A stretch of 63,255 bases of DNA, filler included, from Salisapilia sapeloensis CBS 127946 (taxonomy: Eukaryota; Protista; Oomycota), in assembly GCA_023334545.1 (NCBI GenBank). It is 10 parts of 10 records of this genome, joined end to end, with 100 filler letters (N's around TTAATTAATTAA, not from the genome) between each part and the next. Parts side by side here need not be neighbours in the genome. Positions count along the whole stretch, not along the records: positions 1 to 22,420 come from JAADVB010000276.1; 9 more parts are not named here. One strand, given 5' to 3'. Shown in pieces: positions 11,380 to 22,520 of the stretch; position 1 is the first letter of the stretch; the number at the start of each line of letters is the position of its first letter. The position numbers were made by a program, and so were the translations under genes. Below the pieces are notes generated by a model, which was not told where the DNA came from, did not search any database, and saw only the letters and a program-made list of their open reading frames with translations.

Positions 11380-12969
11380 ATGAAGGAAGAGCAGCAGCTA
11401 TCGACGTTTGACGAAGATTGGGAGGAATGGTCGCCCGAGAAGGGATCGTTCGTGCATCACATGATTGCCGGGTCACTCGCAGGTGTCACGGAACACGTCT
11501 CCATCTTCCCCATTGATACCATTAAAGTAGATCGAAACAACGATGTGTGGTGCTAGTGCAATGTACTCATGCGTGATATAGACGCACATGCAGTGCCAGC
11601 AGTGCGATGCCAATGGCGAGCGCGTCATCATGTCTGCGTCCCAAACAGCGCGCAAATTGGTCGCTGAAGAAGGCTCCATGCGCCTCTTTCGAGGTACGAG
11701 CGTTGCAACCGACATGATAGACTTGCAAACTAACTATATGCATTGCAAAAGGTGTAAGCACCATGCTCGGGGCGAGTTTGCCAGCACATGCCATGTACTT
11801 TAGCATGTTCGAAGCGACGAAAAAGTTGCTCGGAGCTGATAGTCCAGACGTTACGCCTGTTGCATCAGGTAGGACATGTCCACTATCTCTAGCAATTAGC
11901 GTACTAAATTCATGCCTACAGGACTGACGGGAGTGACGGCAACGATTTGCCATGATTCCATCATGACGCCCATGGATGTACTTCGTCTCACAAGATTCAC
12001 TTCATAAGCTAGTCACTCATACTGTCGTTAGGTCGTCAAGCAACGTCTGCAGCTGGGATACTACTCTGGTGTCAGCAACTGCATCAAAAGGGTATGTTTT
12101 ATCCTATCTACTACTTAACATCCTTCTGACAGACTTGTAGATTTTAAACGAAGAGGGATTCCGTGCGCTCTACATTAGCTACCCTACCACACTCCTCATG
12201 AACCTCCCCTTCAAGTACACCTTCCATACCGACAGTACCAAACAATGTATTCATCTTGTTATCCTAGTGTCATCATGGTTTCTGCCAACGAAACGTTCAA
12301 GAAAATTCTCAATCCCAGCGGAGAGATGAACGTCACGGCCTACATGACTGCTGGTGCTGCTTCTGGAGCCATCGTACGTCGGCATGCACCCTTGGATCAT
12401 CTACATGTAGACTAACGATGCTGTTCTAGGCTGGTGTATTAACCAACCCATTGGATGTCGCCAAGACGCGACTGCAGACGCAGATGATGATGGTCGGAGA
12501 AGATATGGCCACTGCTGCCTCGGTACGCTCCACGGCATCTTTCGCTAATTCGACGCTTCAGGTTCCTTTTCTTACTAACTTCTTTCTTTTGTGTCATCTC
12601 GATTAACGAGTACAGTGCGATACTGCCCATTGCCCACAGCTCCAAGCCGCTCGAGGCGTCTCGCTTGACATTCCAGCATCCTGTCCAGCCAACCAATCTG
12701 TATCGAGTGTACGCTTCTTCTATTTTGTACATCTACTCGTCATCATACTTAATGTCCCTTAGACTCTGGAAGGACATGCGCCCAAGCTACGGACACAATA
12801 TCGTGGCCTCGTGGATGCGCTCGGCCAGATTTATGCACAAGAAGGGTTGAAAGGATTCTTCCGAGGGGCATATCCTCGGCTCTTAGTGAACGCGCCATCC
12901 GTGGCTGTTTCCTGGACAACGTTTGAAGTGCTCAAGAAAGTCCTTGATGAGATGGCTGGTGGCCACTGA
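11380..12969 (+). CDS. Mitochondrial carrier, mitoferrin/MRS3-4 type; about nine introns
   Basis: AGSLAGVTEH..PIDTIK, HDSIMTPMD.VKQRLQ, NPLDVAKTRLQ signature repeats, YPTTLLMNLPF; ends WTTFEVLK..GH*. Confidence 0.92.
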
Positions 12970-13180
12970 GTCTTTACGATACAAGGCGTTGATTTAAAGT
13001 TCCAACGACAAACGAGTTGTTCGATGAACGTCCTTCAATCGAACGGAGGAAAGTCGCTATAGAAGGCAAAGTGGTGTCGAAAAACGTGATTTGATTAGGT
13101 TACAAGATATTTTTAGCTTTGCCGTAACTCTTTGTTGTTCCAATCTATCGACCTACGTTTGCTTGTCAAAGACGGTTAAA

Positions 13181-15097
13181 ATGGAATCTACGGTTGCTGT
13201 ACAGCCTTCCGACAGTGCCATTCATCTCGAAGCGATGTCCAAGTCGAACACGCAGGATCGACATATTACGTTCGATGCATCAGTTGCAACTAGTAACTTG
13301 ACAAAGTTGGATTCAGGAACTTACCATCAAACTCGCTACAACTTTTCCCAGATAGCAACGAAAGATAGCGAGCTACCAATGTCCAGTGACGTGCCGAGAG
13401 AAGCAGAATCTACCACGGTAGAGCATTCTGGTTTGCCAAGTTCCCAAATGTATGATGAAACAAAAGAGTCGGCTTCACTGTCCGATGATCTCGTACGTGC
13501 ATCAACTCAGTTTGTTCAGCTGCAACGAGACGTTCGGCAAAGTCTCCGGCAGGTATGGACAACTGTACAGCGGTTGCATATGCAGCGAGATGTATCTGAA
13601 AACGGCGTTAAAGTGCTGCACTCGGAGCTCTCGAATATACTAAGAAGCTTGTCTGCCGAGCAAGCCTACGCGGAGTCGAATGGAAAGAGTGGAAGCTTGA
13701 GGCTATTGGAGGCTCGACAAGATAGCCGTGCACCTTCCGTTGACGTTGTATTTGGAGGCAAGTCGTGGCTTGGACAACGTATTCTATGCAGTATCAGCGA
13801 GGAAAATTGTATGCTCGACATGACACTCATACCATCAAAAGGTGAAGATAGTGATGGTGATGGAAGGTCAAGTGTTTCTAGTCTATCGAATGCCCAAAGT
13901 GGGTTCTCTGCTTCACTATCATGGCTACTTGGGGATGCTTTTAGCGGTATTGTCGACAAAGCTGCGTCACACTCGATCAGTTTAGAAGGGTGCACTATCA
14001 CAAGGCAATCACCACAACGTTTAGCACGAGCTCAAAGTAGTTTCCACGAAAGCTTTCATATACTCTTCCCTAATATTGGGAACGTTCCAGTTCAAACACT
14101 GGATGAATGCTCCAAATGGCTGACGTTTAGAGTCTACAAGGCTGAAGATGTGGCTAAAGAAACAGAAGAATGGATGGATGCCTTAAAGAAAGTTAGCATG
14201 TCGGAGGTATGGACACTTCGACATGCCATTGATGGATCAATGCAAATAGATCAATATGCGACTGCAGTGAAGACTCATCTTCCAATTGAAATGTCCATTG
14301 CTTGGCTTCAAAACCATGAAGCTCGCAGAGAACGCAATAATTATCAGAGCTTTAGACAGGTCCAGAGACCTAAGCGCCGCAGGAGTCTGAGCGTTGCGCA
14401 AATAATGAAAGATCTGGATCGAGACAAGCTATCTATAGACGGAACTATAATTCATGGAAAAAGCAGTAGACCGCAGCTGCATCAAACACGCTCGACTGAC
14501 TCGCAAATACTTACAAAGGCTATCCAATGCTTACTACAAAGATTGCTATCATTCTACAATCAGGTTCAATCCGTCTCCACGAAGAATGACGATACAGGAA
14601 ATACAATAGGCTTATATGAACCAGATCTCGAGTCAAGAGGGTTTGCTTTTGCTGAACGAGTGTTAAGAAGTAGCTCAAGAACAGAGACCGGTGGGGATAT
14701 CTATGACGCAATTGCGTTATGTTGTTCGCACAAAGATGTGATGTTGTGCCCCGAGTCACACAAAACCGATCCGGTGAATCTTCGCATAATAACAAACTAC
14801 GAGAAGGGCTCATTTGAAGTAGAAACACAGGCTTCGATGCAGTTTAAACTTGTTTATACAGAACCTCTTCGTTCTCCAAGTGCAAGTTTTATGGCAAATA
14901 TGGACACGCTATCGGAAGCGTCCAGTATAGGTAACATGTCGTATCTGGAAGATTCGAGTGAAAATAGCAACAGTGATTATTGTCCTGACCCGCAAGTCTG
15001 TGCAATTGTAAAAGGAAGCCTTACCCGTCGCTTTACATTTGGAAAAGTAAATGCTCCAGGAACAATTAGAGTATCATACGTAGCCGATGATGAATGA
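13181..15097 (+). CDS. Hypothetical protein with coiled coil and possible PH-like domain
   Basis: Intronless ORF of about 640 aa from the first ATG (13181). SISLEGCTI..LTFRV..EWMDALKKV resembles a PH C-terminal strand and helix. Confidence 0.75.
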   Translation: MESTVAVQPSDSAIHLEAMSKSNTQDRHITFDASVATSNLTKLDSGTYHQTRYNFSQIATKDSELPMSSDVPREAESTTVEHSGLPSSQMYDETKESASLSDDLVRASTQFVQLQRDVRQSLRQVWTTVQRLHMQRDVSENGVKVLHSELSNILRSLSAEQAYAESNGKSGSLRLLEARQDSRAPSVDVVFGGKSWLGQRILCSISEENCMLDMTLIPSKGEDSDGDGRSSVSSLSNAQSGFSASLSWLLGDAFSGIVDKAASHSISLEGCTITRQSPQRLARAQSSFHESFHILFPNIGNVPVQTLDECSKWLTFRVYKAEDVAKETEEWMDALKKVSMSEVWTLRHAIDGSMQIDQYATAVKTHLPIEMSIAWLQNHEARRERNNYQSFRQVQRPKRRRSLSVAQIMKDLDRDKLSIDGTIIHGKSSRPQLHQTRSTDSQILTKAIQCLLQRLLSFYNQVQSVSTKNDDTGNTIGLYEPDLESRGFAFAERVLRSSSRTETGGDIYDAIALCCSHKDVMLCPESHKTDPVNLRIITNYEKGSFEVETQASMQFKLVYTEPLRSPSASFMANMDTLSEASSIGNMSYLEDSSENSNSDYCPDPQVCAIVKGSLTRRFTFGKVNAPGTIRVSYVADDE

Positions 15098-15144
15098 AAG
15101 AACGAAGGATGCAAGTCTTTGCGCTTTACATAATTAATTTTTGT

Positions 15145-15792
15145 TCATTGCTGTTGTATATTAATGCTACCTGAAGACTTGTTCGATAGAAATTCACTAA
15201 TAGTAGTTTGCTCGGTTTCTGGTAAGCTAACGACGTACGTGGCGGATGCGTCGCTAAAGTCCTGCTCAAGTATTTCACCTTGGAACTTAGCACATGCCTG
15301 TTCGATAACATTTATATACTCAAACGGCGTATCCAGCTTCATTTGGACCGTCGGAAGAAGTTCCACGATCTCAGACGCAGCAATTGCTTCCTGAGCAGCC
15401 GATCCATACGCTCGAATGAGTCCACCTTTGCCCAGTTCGACACCACCAAAAATCCTTGTTACAACGATGCAAACATCCGACAGCTCCGCGCGCTGTAACA
15501 CATTCAAAATAGGTTTTCCAGCAGTTCCGTGTGGTTCGCCATCATCTGAACATATTTCACGCCCATCCTGGGTCGTATACGCAAAACAATGATGATTCGC
15601 TTGCGGGAATTTCGCTCTCCTATCATCCAACAGCTCTTTCACTTGACCTTGAGCGCCTGCTTCACTTTCTTGCTGGGACACATTAACAAGAGGGTAGACA
15701 GCCGCAATGAAGCGCGAGCCTTTCCGTTTCTCGATTTCATGCTCGACAAATTGCCTTACGGTGTGTATCAGTCGCCGCTGAGTCATCCTCAT
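15145..15792 (-). CDS. IMPACT/YigZ family protein (UPF0029 plus DUF1949-like C-terminus)
   Basis: KGSRFIA..ANHHCFAY..SDDGEPHGTAGKPILNVL..VVTRIFGGVELGKGGLIRAY. Start placed at ATG 15792. Confidence 0.92.
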   Translation of the reverse strand: MRMTQRRLIHTVRQFVEHEIEKRKGSRFIAAVYPLVNVSQQESEAGAQGQVKELLDDRRAKFPQANHHCFAYTTQDGREICSDDGEPHGTAGKPILNVLQRAELSDVCIVVTRIFGGVELGKGGLIRAYGSAAQEAIAASEIVELLPTVQMKLDTPFEYINVIEQACAKFQGEILEQDFSDASATYVVSLPETEQTTISEFLSNKSSGSINIQQQ

Positions 15793-15879
15793 ATTTTGTT
15801 GTTCGAATTCGTTGTACTGAGACGGATCCACGTCCCTTACACATCTTCCGCTCCATAATAGCCGAAGAAATAAATTATC

Positions 15880-17543
15880 ATGACAAGGAAGGAGCCTATT
15901 GAACGCTTTTTGGAATTTCTGAGTATTCGTACTGTCAGTGGAGAAGGCCCCGAAGGCAGTTACCAACAAGTGCGTTCTCTATGCTTTCTTAATTTGACAA
16001 GTCTTTTAAAAGAATGAAATTGATTGACAATATTGATACGTTCTGTGCTTGATAGTGTGTGGAGTGGCTTCGTGACTACCTTGCTGAAGGTATGGATTGA
16101 TTGCTGTACTAATGACGTCCCTTCAGTCGTTTTACTTGATTGATTGTGTATGTTACCGATTCAAACTCTAATTTTCCATTTAATTTGCAGACGGGTTGAC
16201 GTCCGAGATCCTTTATCCTGTGGAAAAGAAGCCCATCCTTCTGGTATGTTGCTTCACACAAATATTTTTTAGTAACGAATGCCTGAAAATGATCTTGTAG
16301 TCGACGTGGAAGGGAGAAGACTCCTCTCTCCCGGGCATCCTCCTGAACTCTCACTACGATGTCGTCCCTGCTATACCAGAGCACTGGGATAATGAGCCAT
16401 TCAAAGTAAGCTTCCTTTGCACAACTTGGTGACAAAACGCAACTGACATCCATCCTAGGCCAAAGTTCTAGATGATGGTTTCATCCACGGTCGTGGCACG
16501 CAAGATATGAAATGCGTCTGCATCCAATACGTTGAGGCAGTGCATGAACTCAAGCAACGCGGCTTTGTGCCCAAACGTGACATCCACTTGCTCTTTGTCC
16601 CCGATGAAGAGATTGGAGGGGTTGAAGGGATGAATGAGTTCGTCAAGACCGAAGCATTTCAGAAGCTTCAGCCAATTGCCTTTGCTTTCGACGAAGGATT
16701 AGCCAATCCGAATGACGCTTACACAGTCTTCTACGGCGAACGTGCTCCTTGGTGGATCTATGTGAAAGCTGAGGGAGCAACTGGCCACGGCAGCCGCTTC
16801 ATCAAAGGCATGGCAACGGAAAAAATCGTCAATATTTGCAACAAGGTATATACTGCCTTCCTAGAGCCGAATAGAGTAGTGTGTAAGATCATGTTTCTGT
16901 AGGCATTGGCGTTCCGAGAGGAACAGGAAAAGTTGCTGACAGCTGATGTCGGTTGCAAGCATGGCGACATGAAGAAAAAGAAACTTGGTGACGTTACCAC
17001 CATCAACTTAACTGTGATGCAGAGTGGTGTGACATCGAATGGAGGTAAGACCTATGCGATGAACGTCATCCCGACACAAGCCATGGCTGGTTTCGACGTC
17101 CGCATCCCTCCTTCCACGAATCTCGACGATTTTAAGGTTTTTCACATAAACCCCACATATCTGGTACTCTTTTCTAAACGATCGAATAGAATTTGCTGGA
17201 CCAATGGTGCGCCGAGGAAGAAGGTGTATCGTGGGAGTACGCACCCCAGACGGTGGCGATGGACAAGCACTATCTCACGTCGTTGGATGAAAGCAACGTC
17301 TTTTGGACGTTGTTTGAAAAGTCTTGCCAGAAACTAGGCAAACCTATTGAAAAGGAAGTATTCCCTGCATCCACCGATAGCCGTTATCTTCGTCAGCTTC
17401 AAGTCCCGGCCATTGGATTCTCCCCCATGGACAACACGGAGATCTTGTTGCATGAACATAATGAACGCTTGCACAAGGACATTTTCCTTCGCGGACTCCA
17501 AGCCTACGTGACGATCTTTGAAGACATGTTCTCCCACGCATAA
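15880..17543 (+). CDS. ACY1: Aminoacylase-1 (peptidase M20A), multi-exon
   Basis: LNSHYDVVP, GRGTQDMK, PDEEIGG, FDEG, GHGS and LHEHNE metal-binding motifs. GT-AG introns. Confidence 0.93.
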
Positions 17544-17951
17544 GTGTTTGTCACGCCTTCAACCCACAGACAACGTAGCACAGTCCAAAACGTTAATGAA
17601 CATGACTCCGTTGATTGTTGCCAATTCATTCTTTTGAAGCTTCACTTCAACTTTCCTCCTATACAATTTTCGATATAAGGAGATCGTAAACAGACACGTT
17701 CGATACTACTGAACAGAAGTACATGTCAAATGCAGTACGGACGCGATTCTGGATCGTGCTTTTCATATTCCACGGACGGAATAACACATTTCTCACAGGA
17801 ACCTCGAAAAATTACGTATAGAGAACGCTTGAGAGCGACCGGTATTTACTGAAAGCGACGAGTAGACGCTACGTTGTTACTTGGTAGAAACTTTCTTGAT
17901 TGAGTGTACGATAAAGCCTACAAGCTGGCATGCACAATAGCTTCCTTTAGT

Positions 17952-19115
17952 ATGCAAAGAACCGGAAGAATCGAGAGGTGTAGACCATCCTGCTTGTCGT
18001 TCAGCTTGGTTCCAGTCCAGGCACTGCTACTCGGTCTATTGTTTGTACCGTCCCTGGTAGCTCTATCTACTTCCTCACAGCTTCGTACCTCTTCTTCTAC
18101 ACAAGCAGAAGCTCGTCAATTAAATATATTCGGCAAAGATAGCCGGAAACCAATTGAGGACGCATCTATCTTCCCATACAGCGTACTCGGACTTGTGCAG
18201 CATAAGGATCATGCTTGTACCGCCACTCTTATCAATAAGCAGTATGTTGTCACAAGTGCAGAGTGTATCTCTAGCGCTGCTATTGATGACATGGAAACGG
18301 ATCCACCAGTTTTCGTACAAGCACCTTCTGAACTACATCCATCCATCACGTCCCAAGATACCATTCCGATCAAACAGGCACACTGGCAATCAGACTACTG
18401 GACAAAATGGACAGACAACACGTATGTCATATTAAAGCTAGGGCACCCATTGCCTGATGCAGACAAAGTTGTCGAGCTGCCTCACTTTAATGACAAAGAT
18501 GGTGTATCCAAGACACCGGTCCAACTAGCTGGGTACACCACTTCCAATGACCGCAAAAGTCCACAACTAAAGTACTCGATATGCACATGCTACTTTGCCC
18601 GTGCTTTTAACGGCCCAGAACACTCGGTACATCACAATTGTGATACTTCTGGAGAAATGATTGCTGGGGCACCTCTCCTCGTCCAGTACTCTGGATCAAA
18701 AACATACATGCTAGCGATGCATACTGGAGGCGCTGACACTGACAACTCCTACGCCTCATTCACACAGAGCAATGCGAACATTGGCGTACAGGCTTCGTTC
18801 ATTCGACAGCACTTGAATTCCTTACTAGAATCTAATGGAAGCAATGCTTCCTCCACCAATTCCGACGTAGCTGACGATTCCCATTCGAGCGCTGTCGATG
18901 ACCCCAGCAATGCACAGGGATTAGATGTTACAAGTGAGACGCCTGCCCATTCTTTCCCAATTAGCTTGGGTGTTGTCTGTCTTGTAGCTCTACTACTCAC
19001 TTGGATCGCCATGATCTGGTTTGCTGTTCGAGAACTACGGAGGAAGGCTATCAGACAAAGTAACATGACAGACGCCAGCCCACAGCCACAAATGAGTAGC
19101 ATCCCCAGTGCATAG
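17952..19115 (+). CDS. Membrane-anchored trypsin-like (S1, glutamyl-endopeptidase-like) pseudoprotease
   Basis: N-terminal hydrophobic segment, IFGKDSR..PYS..CTATLI..TSAEC..HNCDT..AGAPL, Ser-rich stalk, C-terminal TM (LGVVCLVALLLTWIAMIWFAV). Confidence 0.8.
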   Translation: MQRTGRIERCRPSCLSFSLVPVQALLLGLLFVPSLVALSTSSQLRTSSSTQAEARQLNIFGKDSRKPIEDASIFPYSVLGLVQHKDHACTATLINKQYVVTSAECISSAAIDDMETDPPVFVQAPSELHPSITSQDTIPIKQAHWQSDYWTKWTDNTYVILKLGHPLPDADKVVELPHFNDKDGVSKTPVQLAGYTTSNDRKSPQLKYSICTCYFARAFNGPEHSVHHNCDTSGEMIAGAPLLVQYSGSKTYMLAMHTGGADTDNSYASFTQSNANIGVQASFIRQHLNSLLESNGSNASSTNSDVADDSHSSAVDDPSNAQGLDVTSETPAHSFPISLGVVCLVALLLTWIAMIWFAVRELRRKAIRQSNMTDASPQPQMSSIPSA

Positions 19116-19203
19116 AATCGTACAAAAGAAATGTTTTGCCTAATATACCGAAATGAATGATTGGATTCATACTCTTGGCTTTTTCTAGGATACTTTAAAC
19201 CGA

Positions 19204-20182
19204 CTAAGAGTCGTCTGGCGTGAGGACTGGTAAATAGCATGTAAAGGATCCAAAGCCATCCAGCAAGACCGCATGAAGTACCATTGCCTTATCCTCTGCG
19301 ATACCTATCATCAGTTGTTAGCTTGAGATACTTGTCGAAAACTCAAAATTCTACATACAGCATAGCACAGACTCTGAGAAGCCTCCTTCTACTGCCATAG
19401 CCTTTGACAGTACTTTGCCATCCACAGAGACACGGTATGATTTATTTTGTCTAGATGATGTCGGTGTCGAACCGTTCTCATCTTCATATACCAGATCGTC
19501 TCGTGGCTTTAGATGAGCAAAGAGAGCTTGTAATGTGACAGCACTAGACTCGATCCGATATACTAGCGTTCCCTTCTTACTCGCTTCCACAACGATAGAG
19601 CTGTACATTGCTTTTAGCTTGTCTATCACGCTCCTCATCGACTTTAAGGGGGGCAGCTCGAGCACCACTTCGGGTGATGGTACACTCGGTTCATCATAAT
19701 GCTCCACCTCTCGCATGGACATTAATTGGATCGGTACGCTTTGAACGATGTCAATATCTACTGCCTACAAGTAGATGGCAGTTAGTTAACTTATGCGAGA
19801 GGTATGCAATGATGATTGATCCAAGTACTCGAGTTCGTAGGCAGAAGAAGGATCCTCCATCACGCTTCAGTAGACGTAGCATGACCGGTCCGGCATCTCT
19901 TCCGGATTGCAGAGCTTGATGCAAATGTCTGATGTCACAAGAAAAGCCTATATTATTGTCTGCACGACTTTCGACCGTCACTTCTTGAAAGACGCGGTTA
20001 GTCTGCAGTCGAGCAAAGCTCTGGAGCTCATCACTCGAGGACTTGATGGCAATGGAAAAACTTTCGCGAGTGACAGTGCACACACAGATAGAATCCTTTT
20101 GAGTTGCAAGGCGCGTGAATGACTGTGTTACATCTAGGAAGACGTCTAAAGCATCCTGCGCGAGTGTGCCGCGAAAACGCAT
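19204..20182 (-). CDS. HUS1: Checkpoint clamp subunit HUS1; two introns
   Basis: MRFRGTL..ESRADNNIGF..LLKR..EPSVPSPEVVLELPPLKSMRSVIDKLK..LCC|IAEDKAMVLH..CYLP*. Confidence 0.88.
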
Positions 20183-20278
20183 TTTAAGTGCCGAATTAGT
20201 GTGTTAAATGGTGTGGATGTCTACATTTTTCTTGTATGGGGATCTCGAGATGTCATATGAGTACACTGTCCACTGCGT

Positions 20279-20894
20279 TTAGTCTCACTTAGACTAAACT
20301 CTGTGTGCCGTACCTTAGTGAATTAACTACAATTAGTTAGGTGAGACTAATGGATGTTTGAGCTACTTCGTATTAAGTCTGTGCATAATACACAGTATAT
20401 AGTCTAAGAATTTGAAAAGGAAAAATGTAGTGCAGCAATTCGATATATTTCATTTGAGGCATGGATTCAGACTTATCCTACATTTAATTTGTTGTTCTTA
20501 AGCTGGTATCGGACAGCGTAGGATAGCTGTAGAGAAACATGCGCTCGAAATTGGATGGAAACCTCGCAAATTAAAGTTGCCAGAAAGTTGTTGGTAAGTT
20601 GTCACAACACTATTCAGAAAAGAATATTAAGATAAAATAAAATGAACATGCAACGAATTGATCGTGGTTAGTTGATAGATAGCTCACTCATTAGTTAGGA
20701 ATCAAGATCTTAGTGTAGCAATGCTTAGTGTATTACCCCTAAAAGACTTACGATGTTTTAACTGAAGACAACTCGATTCAAGTACGATTTTTTACACACT
20801 AATTAGTCTGGGTTCGAGGGCGAAATCTCGATACAAACATATTAGTCTCACTCAGACTATGTATTCTGTAAGCTTAATCATTTGCACAGACTTA
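20279..20894. repeat. Cluster of short inverted and direct repeats, possible MITE relic
   Basis: Hairpin motif TTAGTCTCACT(T/C)AGACTA at 20279-20296 and 20842-20859. Perfect IRs 20341-20351/20841-20851 and 20374-20385/20883-20894. Confidence 0.4.
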
Positions 20895-21272
20895 TCACCA
20901 TCGATGATGTGCGTATCTTGAGTGTCCAATATGACAAGTTTCCCAATTTTGATTTGGCTACCTTACCAGGTCACGTCTGCAGTACGTGTATCCTCGCACA
21001 TGTCTTCCTAGACAATTTTAAAGACGATTTGTAGGAGGGATTGTACTGAAGTTGGTATAAAAGCGAATTGGTTTAAGGTTACCAGATACCGTGCTGTAGA
21101 CAAAAATAGTTCGAATTGAAAGTTACTGGAAACAAATGCACTCAATTGAAATGGCCAACAAACATGAAAAAGAGGAATAGAGCAAAGCACTGGCGTTTAA
21201 TCTCATTTTAGCTTTCAAATTGAAAGACACAAGGGCACTCTGCGCGCATCATTGCCCACGGTCGACTGAAGG

Positions 21273-22420
21273 ATGGCTGCTGAGGACAGTCGAGATAATC
21301 GTCCAACCGATTTACCCTACGTGCAACGCCTTCAAGATGCTCCACTAACGGCCGGCCAAGAACGAAGAGCTGTTGAAGTCGACCACATGTCCCTCCAGTT
21401 ACCGTCAACGTGGTTCCGTTTTGACATTGCGCGTCAGCTAGAGTTACCACTTCAGCATTATGGACTACTATCAACCCCACCAGACGCAGTTTGGCGCAAA
21501 GTCAAAGGCTACGTATATGAGCTTCGTGATGAGTGGAATCCGGTCCGCGTTTTTGGGCAACAAGTCCAAACTACGAGAGCCCCTACGCGTCGTGAGCGGC
21601 TTCACTCACATCTGCCACAAAATCACCGGTCAGTGCAAGCCGATCGGTCCGACTTTATGCCTCTTTGTCCCAGAAGAAGGTTCTCGAGGACAAGTTCTTG
21701 CCACATCGGGCTTTACATAACCAGCTCGTGGCCAAGTCGCCCGAAGATTTGCAGACGGCGGATGTGAATATAAAGACGCTCGCAGCACGGTATCGTCCCC
21801 TATGCGTGAAGAAGACAATGAAGATGAACGTAACGAAGCGGGTGTACGAGCGCCACCATGAAGCTTCTGTTTGGGTTGCCGATTCAATGTGGCAAGCTTT
21901 TAAGGCTAGTGTGAAGTCTTCACGCACCAACTTTTTCCAAAAGAAGATGGCAGGAGAAAATACTACTCTACCGTCTATGCGCTTCCGGTCGACAGAGTAT
22001 ACTTGGAGTCCAAGGTGGTCTCGAAAAATGACCAAGGATTGCCTTCTACGCACTACATTCAGTTCCTCGCTCACTTGTTCTCCGAGATCAAGAAAAGCAT
22101 CAATAAGCCATGCGATTCGAAGCGAAGACTCACTCTCGAGCAACGTCGTCTTCCACCTGGCCAAGTTGTTTTATCTCCTGACCAAGTCACAGACGTTCAG
22201 CGTCCGCGAACTACGATCACATCAAAGTATAAGCGTGCATGTGAGAATGCGCCCTGGATTCGGGCCGCTGAACGTCTTCCGACTACGTTTCAGTACGGCG
22301 TTCGGCTTCAACGGACTGGAGAACTTAAGTACTTCTTAGTTATCCCAGAGCATCGGGACTTTCTGTAGACCAGATCAAACTGGACATCTTCCATTGATGT
22401 GGGCGTACGAAAATTTATAA
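21273..22420 (+). pseudogene. Frameshifted hypothetical-protein gene running into gap
   Basis: Three overlapping ORFs (21273-, 21665-, 22003-) join into one reading frame with single-base shifts near 21665 and 21990. TAG at 22366-22368, then the frame stays open to the gap. Confidence 0.55.
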
Positions 22421-22520
22421 NNNNNNNNNNNNNNNNNNNNNNNNNNNNNNNNNNNNNNNNNNNNTTAATTAATTAANNNNNNNNNNNNNNNNNNNNNNNN
22501 NNNNNNNNNNNNNNNNNNNN
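22421..22520. other. Assembly gap/spacer
   Basis: 44 N + TTAATTAATTAA + 44 N. Confidence 0.99.

Noticed and set aside
13091-13180. N-terminal extension of the 668-aa ORF
   Set aside because: It begins at TTG; the first ATG is at 13181.
15793-15969. Long overlap of the YigZ ORF with ACY1 exon 1
   Set aside because: The ORF track starts at a non-ATG codon, and family similarity begins only after ATG 15792.
21655-22164. 169-aa minus-strand ORF
   Set aside because: Antisense shadow of the frameshifted plus-strand gene; no motifs.
22465-22476. TTAATTAATTAA as a biological binding or restriction site
   Set aside because: It is centred identically in all nine N-runs, so it is an artificial linker.
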